Below are positions 1 to 8,985 of a stretch of 30,945 nt of DNA, one piece after another. Numbering within the stretch: position 1 is the first letter of the stretch; each line of letters opens with the position of its first letter. Position numbers and translations under genes: made by a program. Source of the DNA: a virus (Duplodnaviria > Caudoviricetes); IMG/VR virus record IMGVR_UViG_3300025073_000623, positions 1 through 30,945 of that record. One strand, written 5' to 3'. The notes under the pieces are model-generated. The model made no database searches. It was given only the letters and a program-made list of their open reading frames with translations, and was not told where the DNA came from.

Positions 1-107
1 TGGAGGAGCGGCCTTCGCAGCCGGAACCGTCGGCCTGGACACCGGTGGAGGAGCGGCCTTCGCAGCCGGAACCGTCGGCCTGGACACCGGCGGAGGAGCG
101 GCCTTCG
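1..107. repeat. 45-bp coding tandem repeat (at least 2.4 copies) encoding KAAPPPVSRPTVPAA
   Basis: tggaggagcggccttcgcagccggaaccgtcggcctggacaccgg at 1-45 and 46-90, partial third copy at 91-107. Confidence 0.95.
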
Positions 108-834
108 TGACTGTCATCAGCGGAATCGGATTGCTGCTCTGGAGAACCTCGTAGTCCGGCGCACCGATCAGCTCGATTCCTTCCCAACCTTTTTGCTCAG
201 GTAGTACGGACAAATCTTCCCATGGATCCCAGAGCGGGTAGATACTGGCATTCGGGAAGGTCGTACTGTCCCGACCGTACTCATCCTCAGAACGCTCTTT
301 CGGGATTACATCTACCTTGAACGTCATTCCGACCAGCGATTGGTGTTTCCAGAGATTATCCCAGAGCTGATCGGCATAGTCCTGCCCCTGGTTGTCGTAT
401 TCGACCTCGCTCATTCCGCTGAATGCCCGGAAGAACTTCTTGCAAAGCCCCTCCGTTGCTTGTCGACGGTAGAGCTGCATGATCGATCCGCCCATGTTTG
501 GAGTAAGATCTACAGGCCGGTACTCCCCTTTCTTGATTCGGAGCGACCCGACTGCTCCGGAGCCGCACGCCAAAACGGTTCCTTCGATGATGTAGTATAT
601 GTCAGCCCCATCCTGGGCGATCTTGAATGCCCCGGCATTCAAGATATACCCACAGGGATACTTCGTTCCGTCGGAGGACTCGGCCCACCCGAGCCGGGCG
701 GAATTCGTATACTCACCCGGCTCTTTCACGGACGGGTTGTTGTAACTGCGGGCCTGGTGGCCCACAAACTGCACAAGGTTCTCATAGTCCGCAGCCTGCT
801 GAGCGGCGGACTTCTTCGGAGGTTGAACTGGCAT
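1..834 (-). CDS. Hypothetical protein, 3'-truncated (possibly SSB-like), with Pro/Ala-rich repeat tail
   Basis: Absent from the ORF track because it runs off the window. Manual translation from ATG at 834 (after AAGGAAG) is open for 278 codons: MPVQPPKKSAAQQAADYENLVQFVGHQ...SLVGMTFKVDVIPKERSEDEYGRDSTTFPN...KAAPPPVSRPTVPAAKAAPP. The SSB-like guess is positional only. Confidence 0.8.
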   Translation of the reverse strand, partial: MPVQPPKKSAAQQAADYENLVQFVGHQARSYNNPSVKEPGEYTNSARLGWAESSDGTKYPCGYILNAGAFKIAQDGADIYYIIEGTVLACGSGAVGSLRIKKGEYRPVDLTPNMGGSIMQLYRRQATEGLCKKFFRAFSGMSEVEYDNQGQDYADQLWDNLWKHQSLVGMTFKVDVIPKERSEDEYGRDSTTFPNASIYPLWDPWEDLSVLPEQKGWEGIELIGAPDYEVLQSSNPIPLMTVTKAAPPPVSRPTVPAAKAAPPPVSRPTVPAAKAAPP

Positions 835-921
835 TTCGCTTCCTTTCTTTCATCAGATACCGCCTCTTCCAAGGCGGCGGATTAGTTCTCCAGAGGACCG
901 ACCGGGTGGTCAGACAACCGA

Positions 922-2562
922 TCAGAATGGGATATTTTCATTGAGCCGGGCAAGGCCGGCAATCCTGTCTTCGATCGTCAGTGCGTCGAACGCCTGGATC
1001 CATGCGGTCAATTCGGCAGTCAAAGCCTCAGGTTCGGGTGTCTCCTCTTCCACTTCCTGCGGAGTAGCCCAAACGAACATCGGTGTTCCATCCTCCTCCT
1101 GAATAGCGTTCTCCAGGGCGTAGTTCTCAGTGACCCAGGAGAAGAAGGCCACAGCGGACTCGGCATCTGCGAAGCACGCCGATACCTCTTCCCAGGTCCA
1201 ACCGACGAAAGTCTCACCGACGAAGTCCGTCACTGCCGAGGCGAAACCCTTCGACACCGCTCCGGAGAAGTCGAAGTACTCGCTCAACGGGCAGGTCAGA
1301 AAATCCGCTACAGAATTTCGGTTGTCCAGCATTTCCGGCAGCGCTTCGACTTCGGTCTCCTTGACAGGCAATGCGGTATCTGTCTCCGGCAGAAGGGGCG
1401 TGCCGTCGTTTCGGACATCCTGTCGCAGGAAGGGCCGGAACGGAAACTCGAGCGTCTCTCCAACGTCTCTCAGTAGCACCGCGTAGAGATGCTGAGACAA
1501 GGTCTCGCCACACTTCTCTACGAGTTGCTCCCAGGAGTATCCTGAGAGTTCGAGGAGCTGAGTGTGCTTACGTCCGGTGCCGTCACTGATCATCTGCATC
1601 GTGTAGATCGCGTCAAAATCAGGGTACATACTCTGAATGTACTCCAACACATCTACCGTACCGTCGATCCCCTCGGCCTCGTCAGATACCGCTTCGGCTT
1701 CGGCTTCGGCTTCGGCTTCGGCTTCGGTCTCCGGAGATACCTCGGCCGGCAAACCCGGCATGACAAAGTGCTCGCCCATGTTCTGCTTTTCGATTCCCCA
1801 CTTCTGCAAAAAGACGGCGAGGGCGTTCGATCCTGAGTTGCCACCGACTCCTGCCCAGCAGCCCGGAATGACGAACAGGTCGTTCCACGAGATTGCCATA
1901 AGGTGTTCGAACGTAACATCCGCTACTGAGACAGCGCCCTGATACGCGTCGCACACCGCCTTAACCAGCTTTCTCGGAAACCCCTGAATGTCCTTCAAAG
2001 GTGTATCCAACGTGGGACAGTTCATTTCTGGTCCTTTCTTTTTAAGAGAAGCGAAAAGCTCCTCCGGAGGAGGCAGATTTACTGCCTGATATTGCGCCCG
2101 AAGCAGATGCTCTGCCAAGGGTGCCTTAAGAACAAGTACAGCTCCGTCCACAGGCAACGGATAGGTCTGAGCTTCGAACTCCGTGTCTCCTACAGGAGAC
2201 ACCACACGACACTTTCCAGGCTCACAAACAAACCACATCAGTACCCCGAGAATGAAACAGTCTCCCTCGGTAAGAGTCTCTGGAGACACTCTTCGATGCC
2301 CGGAGTTCTGTGAGAACAGTATCCGCCCTTCTGCCTCAAGGGACAGCCGCTCTTGCACACCATTGCGGGTACAATCGGGACTTTGTCTCCACTCAAAGAG
2401 CACAGTATCTGCATCCACACTCAGTACGACACCGATGTAACCGTCAATGAGAAACAGATCGTCTTCTTCGAGAAGTGTCGCAGGACCGTCGAATTCAATA
2501 AAGTCCATAGTAACCCTCAGAGGCGGTCTGAGAACCGCCATTGCTTCATCCCAAAGATCCAT
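922..2562 (-). CDS. Large acidic hypothetical protein with possible RNAP alpha-CTD/HhH-like repeats
   Basis: 546-aa ORF with GGAG 6 nt before the ATG. Very Glu/Asp-rich. The segment LDTPLKDIQGFPRKLVKAV...VTFEHLMAISWNDLFVIPG resembles the alpha-CTD pattern by eye. Ends in NENIPF. Confidence 0.8.
   Translation of the reverse strand: MDLWDEAMAVLRPPLRVTMDFIEFDGPATLLEEDDLFLIDGYIGVVLSVDADTVLFEWRQSPDCTRNGVQERLSLEAEGRILFSQNSGHRRVSPETLTEGDCFILGVLMWFVCEPGKCRVVSPVGDTEFEAQTYPLPVDGAVLVLKAPLAEHLLRAQYQAVNLPPPEELFASLKKKGPEMNCPTLDTPLKDIQGFPRKLVKAVCDAYQGAVSVADVTFEHLMAISWNDLFVIPGCWAGVGGNSGSNALAVFLQKWGIEKQNMGEHFVMPGLPAEVSPETEAEAEAEAEAEAVSDEAEGIDGTVDVLEYIQSMYPDFDAIYTMQMISDGTGRKHTQLLELSGYSWEQLVEKCGETLSQHLYAVLLRDVGETLEFPFRPFLRQDVRNDGTPLLPETDTALPVKETEVEALPEMLDNRNSVADFLTCPLSEYFDFSGAVSKGFASAVTDFVGETFVGWTWEEVSACFADAESAVAFFSWVTENYALENAIQEEDGTPMFVWATPQEVEEETPEPEALTAELTAWIQAFDALTIEDRIAGLARLNENIPF
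1691..1726. repeat. Hexamer microsatellite (GCTTCG)x6 encoding a Glu-Ala repeat
   Basis: Six exact copies, in frame within 922..2562 (EAEAEAEAEAEA). Confidence 0.95.
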
Positions 2563-2578
2563 TTAGTGCTCCAGAGAA

Positions 2579-2866
2579 TCAGAATGGGAGCGGAATGTCA
2601 AATTCAGCACACCACGCAGTTATGGTTGGTGCGCTCAATCCGGTAGCCTCCGCAATCTCCTTGCGTCCACGCGGCCAATCCCGACGACTCTTAATCACTG
2701 CCCGCAGATACCGCTCTTTGAGCTTTCGCTCAAGGACCGGAAAAGAGTCCGTCACTTGAAAAGTTAGAACCAGCTTCTTCGGCTCCTCTGGAGCTACTTC
2801 GATAGCCGCCTCAGGTACTGGATTCTTCGTAACCACTGTTCCAACCGGTTGTTGTGTAACTTTCAT
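2579..2866 (-). CDS. Small HTH DNA-binding protein (Fis-type HTH-like)
   Basis: C-terminal VLERKLKERYLRAVIKSRRDWPRGRKEIAEATGLSAPTITAW fits a Fis/NtrC-type HTH. Start ATG 2866 preferred: GGAGGAG SD and ATGA overlap with the helicase stop. Confidence 0.7.
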   Translation of the reverse strand: MKVTQQPVGTVVTKNPVPEAAIEVAPEEPKKLVLTFQVTDSFPVLERKLKERYLRAVIKSRRDWPRGRKEIAEATGLSAPTITAWCAEFDIPLPF

Positions 2867-4659
2867 TTTCTCCTCCGGAGATACCAAAGACTCCCACCGG
2901 TCTTTCTGTCAAATGTCGTATAGTTCTCTGTTAAAAATTGTCGTCCCTGGTGCCCAAACTGCAAACCCATCAGAAGGGTGACATCAGTTCCAGGAATCAT
3001 CCCGCCATTGCGGTATCTGTATTGCAAAAGTCGCTCGGCATACTCCCGGAAGCAAGCTTCTGTTGCTCCTGCCACCTGTTCCGCCGTCCACAGTGTGTGC
3101 AACGTATATGGTGCCAGAAGCTCTAAGGCCGTTCCGCCCCGCAGAATGCTTTTCAGCCATCTCAGCGGTTCGTCCATTGCCTTTCGACCGGCCCAAGCCT
3201 CGTGACACAATCTACTATAAGTATAGCTGATTTCCTCTGTTGAGTCAAATAAAAAATTTTCCTCGAAGCTTCTCCGGAGCTCCTCTAGCCTTGCCGCAGC
3301 CTCTTTTTCTGCGGCTAATCTCTCTTCGACTGTCCGTTTGTCGTAACCACATCTTCGACAAGTGTTTTGATTAAAGAAGAGGTCTGCTTTGCACTGAGGA
3401 CAAGTCTCTTCGAAGAGATAAGCACACTCGACGCATCGTAAACGCATGGACCCATTCAGTGTTCCACACTCTGGACAAGTCTTTTGTCCGATCTCTCGCG
3501 TTCCTTTCTTGCGAGTTCCTTCGAAAAGGTACTCATCAAGATCCTCTGGAGGGGGAAACCCCATGCCTCGCATTCGCTCAATGTTACCAACAACGTCAAA
3601 AATCCAGCAGTATTCCTTTCCAGGAGCTGTTCGTAGTCCTCTACCCCACTGCTGGTAGAAGACAATAGGAGACATTGTATGTCTAAGGAAAACAATACTC
3701 CGGAGATCTGGGATGTCAATTCCTGTACTGAGGACGTCAATCGAGATGCCAGACGTATCAACTGACCGGCGAATTCGTCCGAGGGCCTCAGCACGCCCTT
3801 CGGTGTCAGCAAGAATAACTTCATTTGGAACCCCAATCTCATCTAAAGCAGCACCAACATGAGCTGCGTGTAATTTGTCGGCTACGAAGTACAATACTTT
3901 GCCGTGTGGAATAACAGACCGAATAAAACGTACAATACGTTTCGTCACACCGGGATTTTCCCGCATTAACTTGCTGACTGCTCCGGAGGAGAAATCTCCG
4001 GCTTGTACAGGTAGCCCGTCAGCAGATACCGTATCTGGTGGTTCTATTACACGGCTGTACACCAAATATCCCATAGCCTGCAGCACAGACGGAATTGGAC
4101 CTGGAACGATCTCGTCGAAGCGAAGGGGGAGTGTCTTATTCCAGGGAGTGGCAGTATATCCACTCACGAAGGCGTCCCAGGTCCAAACTAGTTCCCCTAC
4201 TTTACCGGACAAAGATCGATGAACTTCATCAAAGATGAGTTTGGTGCCTTTGGACTGTAAACGTTTCATTAGGTGGCTGTACTTGAGGGAGTCGTGTCTC
4301 CGGAGAAGTGTCGCAGTAGAGATCAGTTGAATCGGCGCTAACTGATTCTCCTGCTCACCAGCAGCAACCCAACCATACGGTATCCGGAGTTCCGTGAGGG
4401 GACCGGGTTTTCCATCATTATCTACAAGGAGCTGTCTCAACACATCTACTGAATGACAGCAGATGCCGATTGTACTAAACTGGCCGCCCATTAGCGTTCG
4501 ACGAACATCCTCGACAATGGCTCGTGTCTTCCCTCCACCCGTGGCCATTGTACCGATCGGATTGAGACATCCAGCTTCGACGCGCTGAATATCATCAACG
4601 AACTGCACCTGATGCGGCCAGAGGTGCAGGTCAATTTTCTTGAGGGAGTCATAAGGCAT
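2863..4659 (-). CDS. Superfamily 2 (DExH) helicase with C-terminal zinc ribbons, RadD/YejH/UvsW-like
   Basis: Motifs I MATGGGKT, II IFDEVH, III TATP, V DVLSTGIDIP, VI QQWGRGLR, then CxxC pairs CPEC/CVEC/CPQC/CRRC. Start at ATG 4659 (MPYDS), just after the upstream stop, preferred to 4779. Confidence 0.92.
   Translation of the reverse strand: MPYDSLKKIDLHLWPHQVQFVDDIQRVEAGCLNPIGTMATGGGKTRAIVEDVRRTLMGGQFSTIGICCHSVDVLRQLLVDNDGKPGPLTELRIPYGWVAAGEQENQLAPIQLISTATLLRRHDSLKYSHLMKRLQSKGTKLIFDEVHRSLSGKVGELVWTWDAFVSGYTATPWNKTLPLRFDEIVPGPIPSVLQAMGYLVYSRVIEPPDTVSADGLPVQAGDFSSGAVSKLMRENPGVTKRIVRFIRSVIPHGKVLYFVADKLHAAHVGAALDEIGVPNEVILADTEGRAEALGRIRRSVDTSGISIDVLSTGIDIPDLRSIVFLRHTMSPIVFYQQWGRGLRTAPGKEYCWIFDVVGNIERMRGMGFPPPEDLDEYLFEGTRKKGTREIGQKTCPECGTLNGSMRLRCVECAYLFEETCPQCKADLFFNQNTCRRCGYDKRTVEERLAAEKEAAARLEELRRSFEENFLFDSTEEISYTYSRLCHEAWAGRKAMDEPLRWLKSILRGGTALELLAPYTLHTLWTAEQVAGATEACFREYAERLLQYRYRNGGMIPGTDVTLLMGLQFGHQGRQFLTENYTTFDRKTGGSLWYLRRRK
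3220..3248 (-). promoter_or_regulatory. Sigma70-type promoter inside the helicase gene
   Basis: TTGACT (3248-3243), 17 bp, TATACT (3225-3220), preceded by AT-rich AAAATTTTTTAT. Confidence 0.65.
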
Positions 4660-4660
4660 G

Positions 4661-4870
4661 TCAGGAACGCTCCAGAGACGGTCTGACCCACATTGCTGCG
4701 AAAATGGGGTCTTCTTCCGCAAGTTCGTCACAAGCTTCATCTGGATCCGTCCCTGCGTCATACAGATCTCGCCAGGCAATATCGACGAAATCTTCGTGTG
4801 TCAGGCCCTCTGTACTAGAAGCCATTGCTGTATCAACCTCTTCAAGCCACCTGCTAAATGCTTGACTCAT
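4661..4870 (-). CDS. Small acidic hypothetical protein (69 aa)
   Basis: ATG 4870 after AAGGAGGAG. First gene after the promoter at 4940-4968. 18 D/E versus 4 R and no K. Confidence 0.75.
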   Translation of the reverse strand: MSQAFSRWLEEVDTAMASSTEGLTHEDFVDIAWRDLYDAGTDPDEACDELAEEDPIFAAMWVRPSLERS

Positions 4871-4939
4871 AACTCCTCCTTGTCGCTCCTCTGGAGCGCT
4901 GGTTGACAAACGGTATTTGATGACGAACAAACTAGAGGA

Positions 4940-4968
4940 AGTATAGCACAGGAGGGGAGTTAAGGCAA
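4940..4968 (-). promoter_or_regulatory. Sigma70-type promoter with extended -10
   Basis: TTGCCT (4968-4963), 17 bp, TGcTATACT (-10 at 4945-4940). Intergenic, AT-rich upstream. Confidence 0.75.
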
Positions 4969-5005
4969 GAAAATCTTTTCGAAGGTGTTCCGAAAACGTT
5001 TCGCG

Positions 5006-5218
5006 TCAGTCAGCGACACCTAGAATTTTTGATAGCCAGCCGATCAGTGCAGCATGCTTGGTTTCGGCACTTGAAGCAGCAACATACTCGAAGCCGTTAC
5101 CTGATACCGTCCAGATATCTTCAGTATCTTGTGTGAACGTCACATTGACGCTGATCGCAATCGTCGGTGCTGCACTGGAACCCACTTGAAGAACCACTTT
5201 TTCCGTTGTTGAAGCCAT
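5006..5218 (-). CDS. Hypothetical protein (70 aa)
   Basis: ATG 5218 (MASTTEK) preceded by GGAGG. Fills the gap after the methyltransferase. Confidence 0.6.
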   Translation of the reverse strand: MASTTEKVVLQVGSSAAPTIAISVNVTFTQDTEDIWTVSGNGFEYVAASSAETKHAALIGWLSKILGVAD

Positions 5219-5262
5219 AATTCCTCCGAACCACCAGCTGGCGGTTTGTCTCTGGAGAACCA

Positions 5263-6060
5263 TCATCCGAAGATTCGGACGACGACCTCCGTCGTGTTTT
5301 CATTTGAAAGTCCACAAATGGTGTGGACTTTCTTCACTGCTTCATAATCGAATCTCGTACCTAAATAGCGAAGTGTCTCCAGTACTGCATCCGTTTCGGT
5401 GAGAAGGCACACTGCACCGCAAAAAGCCCAGTACTCCATTGACCGAATGAGATGCTCCTGCTCCTCCGGAGACCAGCCGTCCTTTGCGTAATTGACCGCC
5501 GTACCGACGTAGGGCGGGTCACAAAAAATGACGTCACCTTCTCCGATCTCCTGTTCGAGGAGCCAGGTCCAGCTACCGCTCCGGAGAACCGTCAATCGCA
5601 AGAGATCAGCCAGTTCTTTTAATTGAACCTCAGAAGGCAAAGGTTTTCCACCGTCACTTGCGAAGGTTCCATTGAAAGTACCGTCGCTGTTCTCTCGGTA
5701 CTTCGCACTGAAACACTTCTGAACGAGATAGATAAACGAGCCTGGCAATTGCAACCCGGCATTGTAGTCTGCCTTCACCTGCTCGAAATCGCACTCTAAG
5801 TCATGCCATTCAAGGTCCTCGAGGACGGCAGATACCGAGTCGCGAATAAACTTCCACTGTTGGATCAGGCGAGGGTTAACGTCGCTTAGAAAAACGTCTC
5901 CTTCAACTGTTGCTGTCTGTAATACGGCTATCTCCAGAGCACCTCCACCAAGGAATGGAGAATAAAAGTTCCGAATCCTGTACGGTATCTGTGAAAGAAT
6001 GTGAGGTAGAAGTTTTCGCTTTCCTCCGCTCCAACTGAAAGGCGGCTTAACGTAAGACAT
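5263..6060 (-). CDS. dam: DNA adenine N6-methyltransferase, D12/Dam family
   Basis: N-terminal PPFSWSGGKRKL, SAM-binding motif I FYSPFLGGGAL, SDVN, catalytic FCDPPY. TGATG coupling to the upstream gene. Specificity not established. Confidence 0.92.
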   Translation of the reverse strand: MSYVKPPFSWSGGKRKLLPHILSQIPYRIRNFYSPFLGGGALEIAVLQTATVEGDVFLSDVNPRLIQQWKFIRDSVSAVLEDLEWHDLECDFEQVKADYNAGLQLPGSFIYLVQKCFSAKYRENSDGTFNGTFASDGGKPLPSEVQLKELADLLRLTVLRSGSWTWLLEQEIGEGDVIFCDPPYVGTAVNYAKDGWSPEEQEHLIRSMEYWAFCGAVCLLTETDAVLETLRYLGTRFDYEAVKKVHTICGLSNENTTEVVVRIFG

Positions 6061-7850
6061 CAGATACCGCCTTTCTTTCGAAGCGAATCAAACTGTACGA
6101 TGTTCTCTTTCGAGTCATCTGCCCACTGCGACTTCTCTGGAGAAGTGCCGACCGGCCGGGCGAATTGTCCCTTGCGAGGCGCTGCTACGCTATCCCAGCC
6201 TGTCGGAGCTGGCCGCCAGGTTGTCGGGGCTTTCCAGCCGACAAGTCGACTTGGCCCTCGCCATTCACGCCCTTGAGACCAACCAAGGGCTGTCATTGCT
6301 GTGGAGATATTTGCGCTAACTTTACTGTCAATCCGTTCTTTCGTTACATCTAGCAGCACTTGCGCAACATCCATAGTTTGGACGAATGTAAGCCCATACC
6401 TATACAGGTCTTCTCGAATTACTTCCGTAAGGGCGTTCGGAACCAGGCGAGTATTCATCTCCTCATTTATGAGAAGTGTCTCTTCCGCGTTCGGAAAGTA
6501 ACTCCAGCCTGCTGCTAAAAGCGCAATAGCTTCTGCAATAATTTGCCCTCGGAACTCAGCAATGTAGTCTGTATCGATATTCCGGTGCACAGTTATCGGC
6601 ATATATCCGCGCTGTTTGCCTGAGTCGTTGAGCCAAGCTCCCTCTGCGTTTACTGTACAGTAGGTAACGAAAGTTCGTGCATACATCCTAAATTCTGTGT
6701 CATAAGGTGCACGGTAGTGATCTGTGCTCGAACGTGCCCAGCCCTTAAGCTCGGCCGCGTTCTTTCTCCAGAGGAGCTTATCAAGCTCCGAAATTTCCCG
6801 CATGAGAATACTACTGCCCGCCTGGAGCCCTTCCTTATCCCCAAGTTCTAGAGGGGAGTCAGAAAAATAAATCTTATGTGGAACAAGAAGGGCCATCGAC
6901 GTGCTCTTACGAAATCCTTGTGGCCCTTCAAGTACAAGCAGTGTGTCAACTTTGCAGCCGGGTTTTAGCAACCGAGCAACAAACGACAGAACGAATATCC
7001 GAAGAAAAGGAGTGACAACTCTGGTGGCGTATTCAATGTCATCCGTAAAACATAAAGCTAGACGACTCGGCTCCTCCGGAGCATCTTTTTGGCCGTAGTG
7101 CGGTGGTATCAGCCGCAGTTCACCTCCCCACACTTGTTTTTTAGCCCACTCCAACGCCCGATTAGAGCGCTGGAACATAGCCGCCGTTTGAGCGGCTTGA
7201 ATCAGCGCATTCTTACTGTTCACAGAAAGTTGCCACGCCTCTGAGAACCAAGATGACATAAGACCGAAGGCTGTCGGGTGTGAAATGACGGCCGGCAGTA
7301 CGAAATCCGGTGCCTGAGTGAGTGAGTCTTTGACGACAGATGTCTCCGGAGCTATTTCGTCCAGAGTCGAAGCATCGAGCGCCAGCGGCAAGGGTCGTTC
7401 GATCGTGACCTTCTTGAGCAGGGTGTCGTAACCTAGACAGCCGGCCCAAGCGGGGTCGTTACGAAAAATTGATGTGAGATTGGCGATACCTGTATCAATC
7501 AAACCGGTGACAGGGTTACGTAGTAACGCCTGTCGCCAAGCGGTATCTGCCTGCGCCTTTAACCGCGCGAGATTGACAGGCTGCATCTGGCCTGCATCCC
7601 AGCCCCCGTCGAGAACAGCCACCAGAGCATCAGTATCAAAATCAAATCTAAGAGCCTCAATTACCTGATCGTAAATCTCTTCTTTCGATGGAAAGTTTTC
7701 TCCGAGTGTAGCAGATACCGCGCCGGCCCAGCCAATGAGCCTCTGGAGTGCTTCAATAACCTTTTCGATTTTGGAGTCGTCTCCAAGGTTAGAGAAGCGT
7801 TGAATCTTTACCGCTAACTCTCGTCGAGCGTACTCAGAAACTTCCACCAC
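6060..7850 (-). CDS. VapE/VirE-family P-loop ATPase (phage replicative helicase-like)
   Basis: ARLLKPGCKVDTLLVLEGPQGFRKST Walker A, EISEL Walker B, YRAPY and TVN motifs typical of virulence-associated protein E family. Follows the primase-like gene. Confidence 0.88.
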   Translation of the reverse strand: MVEVSEYARRELAVKIQRFSNLGDDSKIEKVIEALQRLIGWAGAVSATLGENFPSKEEIYDQVIEALRFDFDTDALVAVLDGGWDAGQMQPVNLARLKAQADTAWRQALLRNPVTGLIDTGIANLTSIFRNDPAWAGCLGYDTLLKKVTIERPLPLALDASTLDEIAPETSVVKDSLTQAPDFVLPAVISHPTAFGLMSSWFSEAWQLSVNSKNALIQAAQTAAMFQRSNRALEWAKKQVWGGELRLIPPHYGQKDAPEEPSRLALCFTDDIEYATRVVTPFLRIFVLSFVARLLKPGCKVDTLLVLEGPQGFRKSTSMALLVPHKIYFSDSPLELGDKEGLQAGSSILMREISELDKLLWRKNAAELKGWARSSTDHYRAPYDTEFRMYARTFVTYCTVNAEGAWLNDSGKQRGYMPITVHRNIDTDYIAEFRGQIIAEAIALLAAGWSYFPNAEETLLINEEMNTRLVPNALTEVIREDLYRYGLTFVQTMDVAQVLLDVTKERIDSKVSANISTAMTALGWSQGREWRGPSRLVGWKAPTTWRPAPTGWDSVAAPRKGQFARPVGTSPEKSQWADDSKENIVQFDSLRKKGGI

Positions 7851-7884
7851 GTACCTCTGTTCTGGCGACTTCTCTGGAGGAGTG

Positions 7885-8985
7885 TTATCTTAAAAGTTTT
7901 GCGAGCTTCTGTGCTCGTTCTTTTCCATCTCGGTATCGCTGGAGATCCGAGATACCAACCGCCACGGTGTGTGTACCAAAACCGTTGTTGTAACCATTAT
8001 ACACAGCTTGTTCGGCGTGTGCATCTGGCCACAACTCCAGTGCGGCCCGGAGCCAGCCTTCCGTATCTCCGAGCAAGCCTATATCACCAAGCTGTCGAAC
8101 ATCCCCGCCCACAGCGTACAACCTATTGTTAACGCCATCCCCCACCCTTGCCTGGGCCAGCCAATCAAAGTGTGACTTCATCCAGCGGGCAGCAAAGTTC
8201 TCCATCCACCTTCGCTCACAACGCTCCAGGTTCAGGGGTGACTTCGATCGTTGCTTCTCTGGAGAAGCAAGCCAAGTTGGCTTTGGCAACCGAATCGACG
8301 CTTCCAAGCCCTGCATACTGTGTGGAAGGCGCAAGGTTCCTTGTCCCGGCTTATCAATCTGTGGAAGATACATAAGTCTTGACGGTTGCGCACAAGACCG
8401 GTCCAAAGACAGCGGTATCTGAAGCTCCGCAGCAACCCTCTTCACTGCAGGAAGCAGTCCTTCAATGAAAGCATCAGCATACGCCAAAGCTTGCTCATAT
8501 GGTACGGGCTCGATCGGTGTAAGAATGTGCAGGCCGCCTCGACTCATATACCAATTCCAACCGGGACAAACCGATTCACAGAAGATTTCACACAGCCCGG
8601 CTGCCTTGTCGGAAGCACGCCAGATACCGTCTTTGTCCTGCGAGACCCCAGGCCAAACCTTCTGACCTGCCGGATCTGTGACAAGGTCGAACTCCAGATG
8701 TAACCACTCTACAGACACCTTCAGTCCACACTCCCGTCGCGCCTGAGGTCCAGTGAAACGAACCCAAGGAAAGAGTTCGTCTGGCTCCTCCGGAGAACGA
8801 AGGTTATACACTGAACAGCAGGCAGCGGTATTTGTCGGTCGAAAGGCTTCTTCAAGGGTAGTGTACGGATACCCGGTGATGTCCCGCCCTTTCCGGGACA
8901 CAAATTGCCCTTCGACGACCTGGTAGGCGCCGGGCGTGAAGATATTGTCGATTGCGGCTATGCGAATCACAGGGTAGTTGTCCAC
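7885..8985 (-). CDS. Putative archaeo-eukaryotic-type primase (prim-pol/RepB'-like)
   Basis: WLHLEFDL acidic motif, YMSRGGLHIL (SxxGxH), DRSCAQPSRLMYLP, and C-terminal GDGVNNRLY resembling PriCT. Adjacent to the VapE ATPase. Confidence 0.7.
   Translation of the reverse strand: MDNYPVIRIAAIDNIFTPGAYQVVEGQFVSRKGRDITGYPYTTLEEAFRPTNTAACCSVYNLRSPEEPDELFPWVRFTGPQARRECGLKVSVEWLHLEFDLVTDPAGQKVWPGVSQDKDGIWRASDKAAGLCEIFCESVCPGWNWYMSRGGLHILTPIEPVPYEQALAYADAFIEGLLPAVKRVAAELQIPLSLDRSCAQPSRLMYLPQIDKPGQGTLRLPHSMQGLEASIRLPKPTWLASPEKQRSKSPLNLERCERRWMENFAARWMKSHFDWLAQARVGDGVNNRLYAVGGDVRQLGDIGLLGDTEGWLRAALELWPDAHAEQAVYNGYNNGFGTHTVAVGISDLQRYRDGKERAQKLAKLLR

Noticed and set aside
1-107. Terminal tandem repeats (1-107, 30781-30913) as CRISPR arrays
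   Set aside because: They have no unique spacers, unit lengths are multiples of 3, and they are in frame within ORFs.
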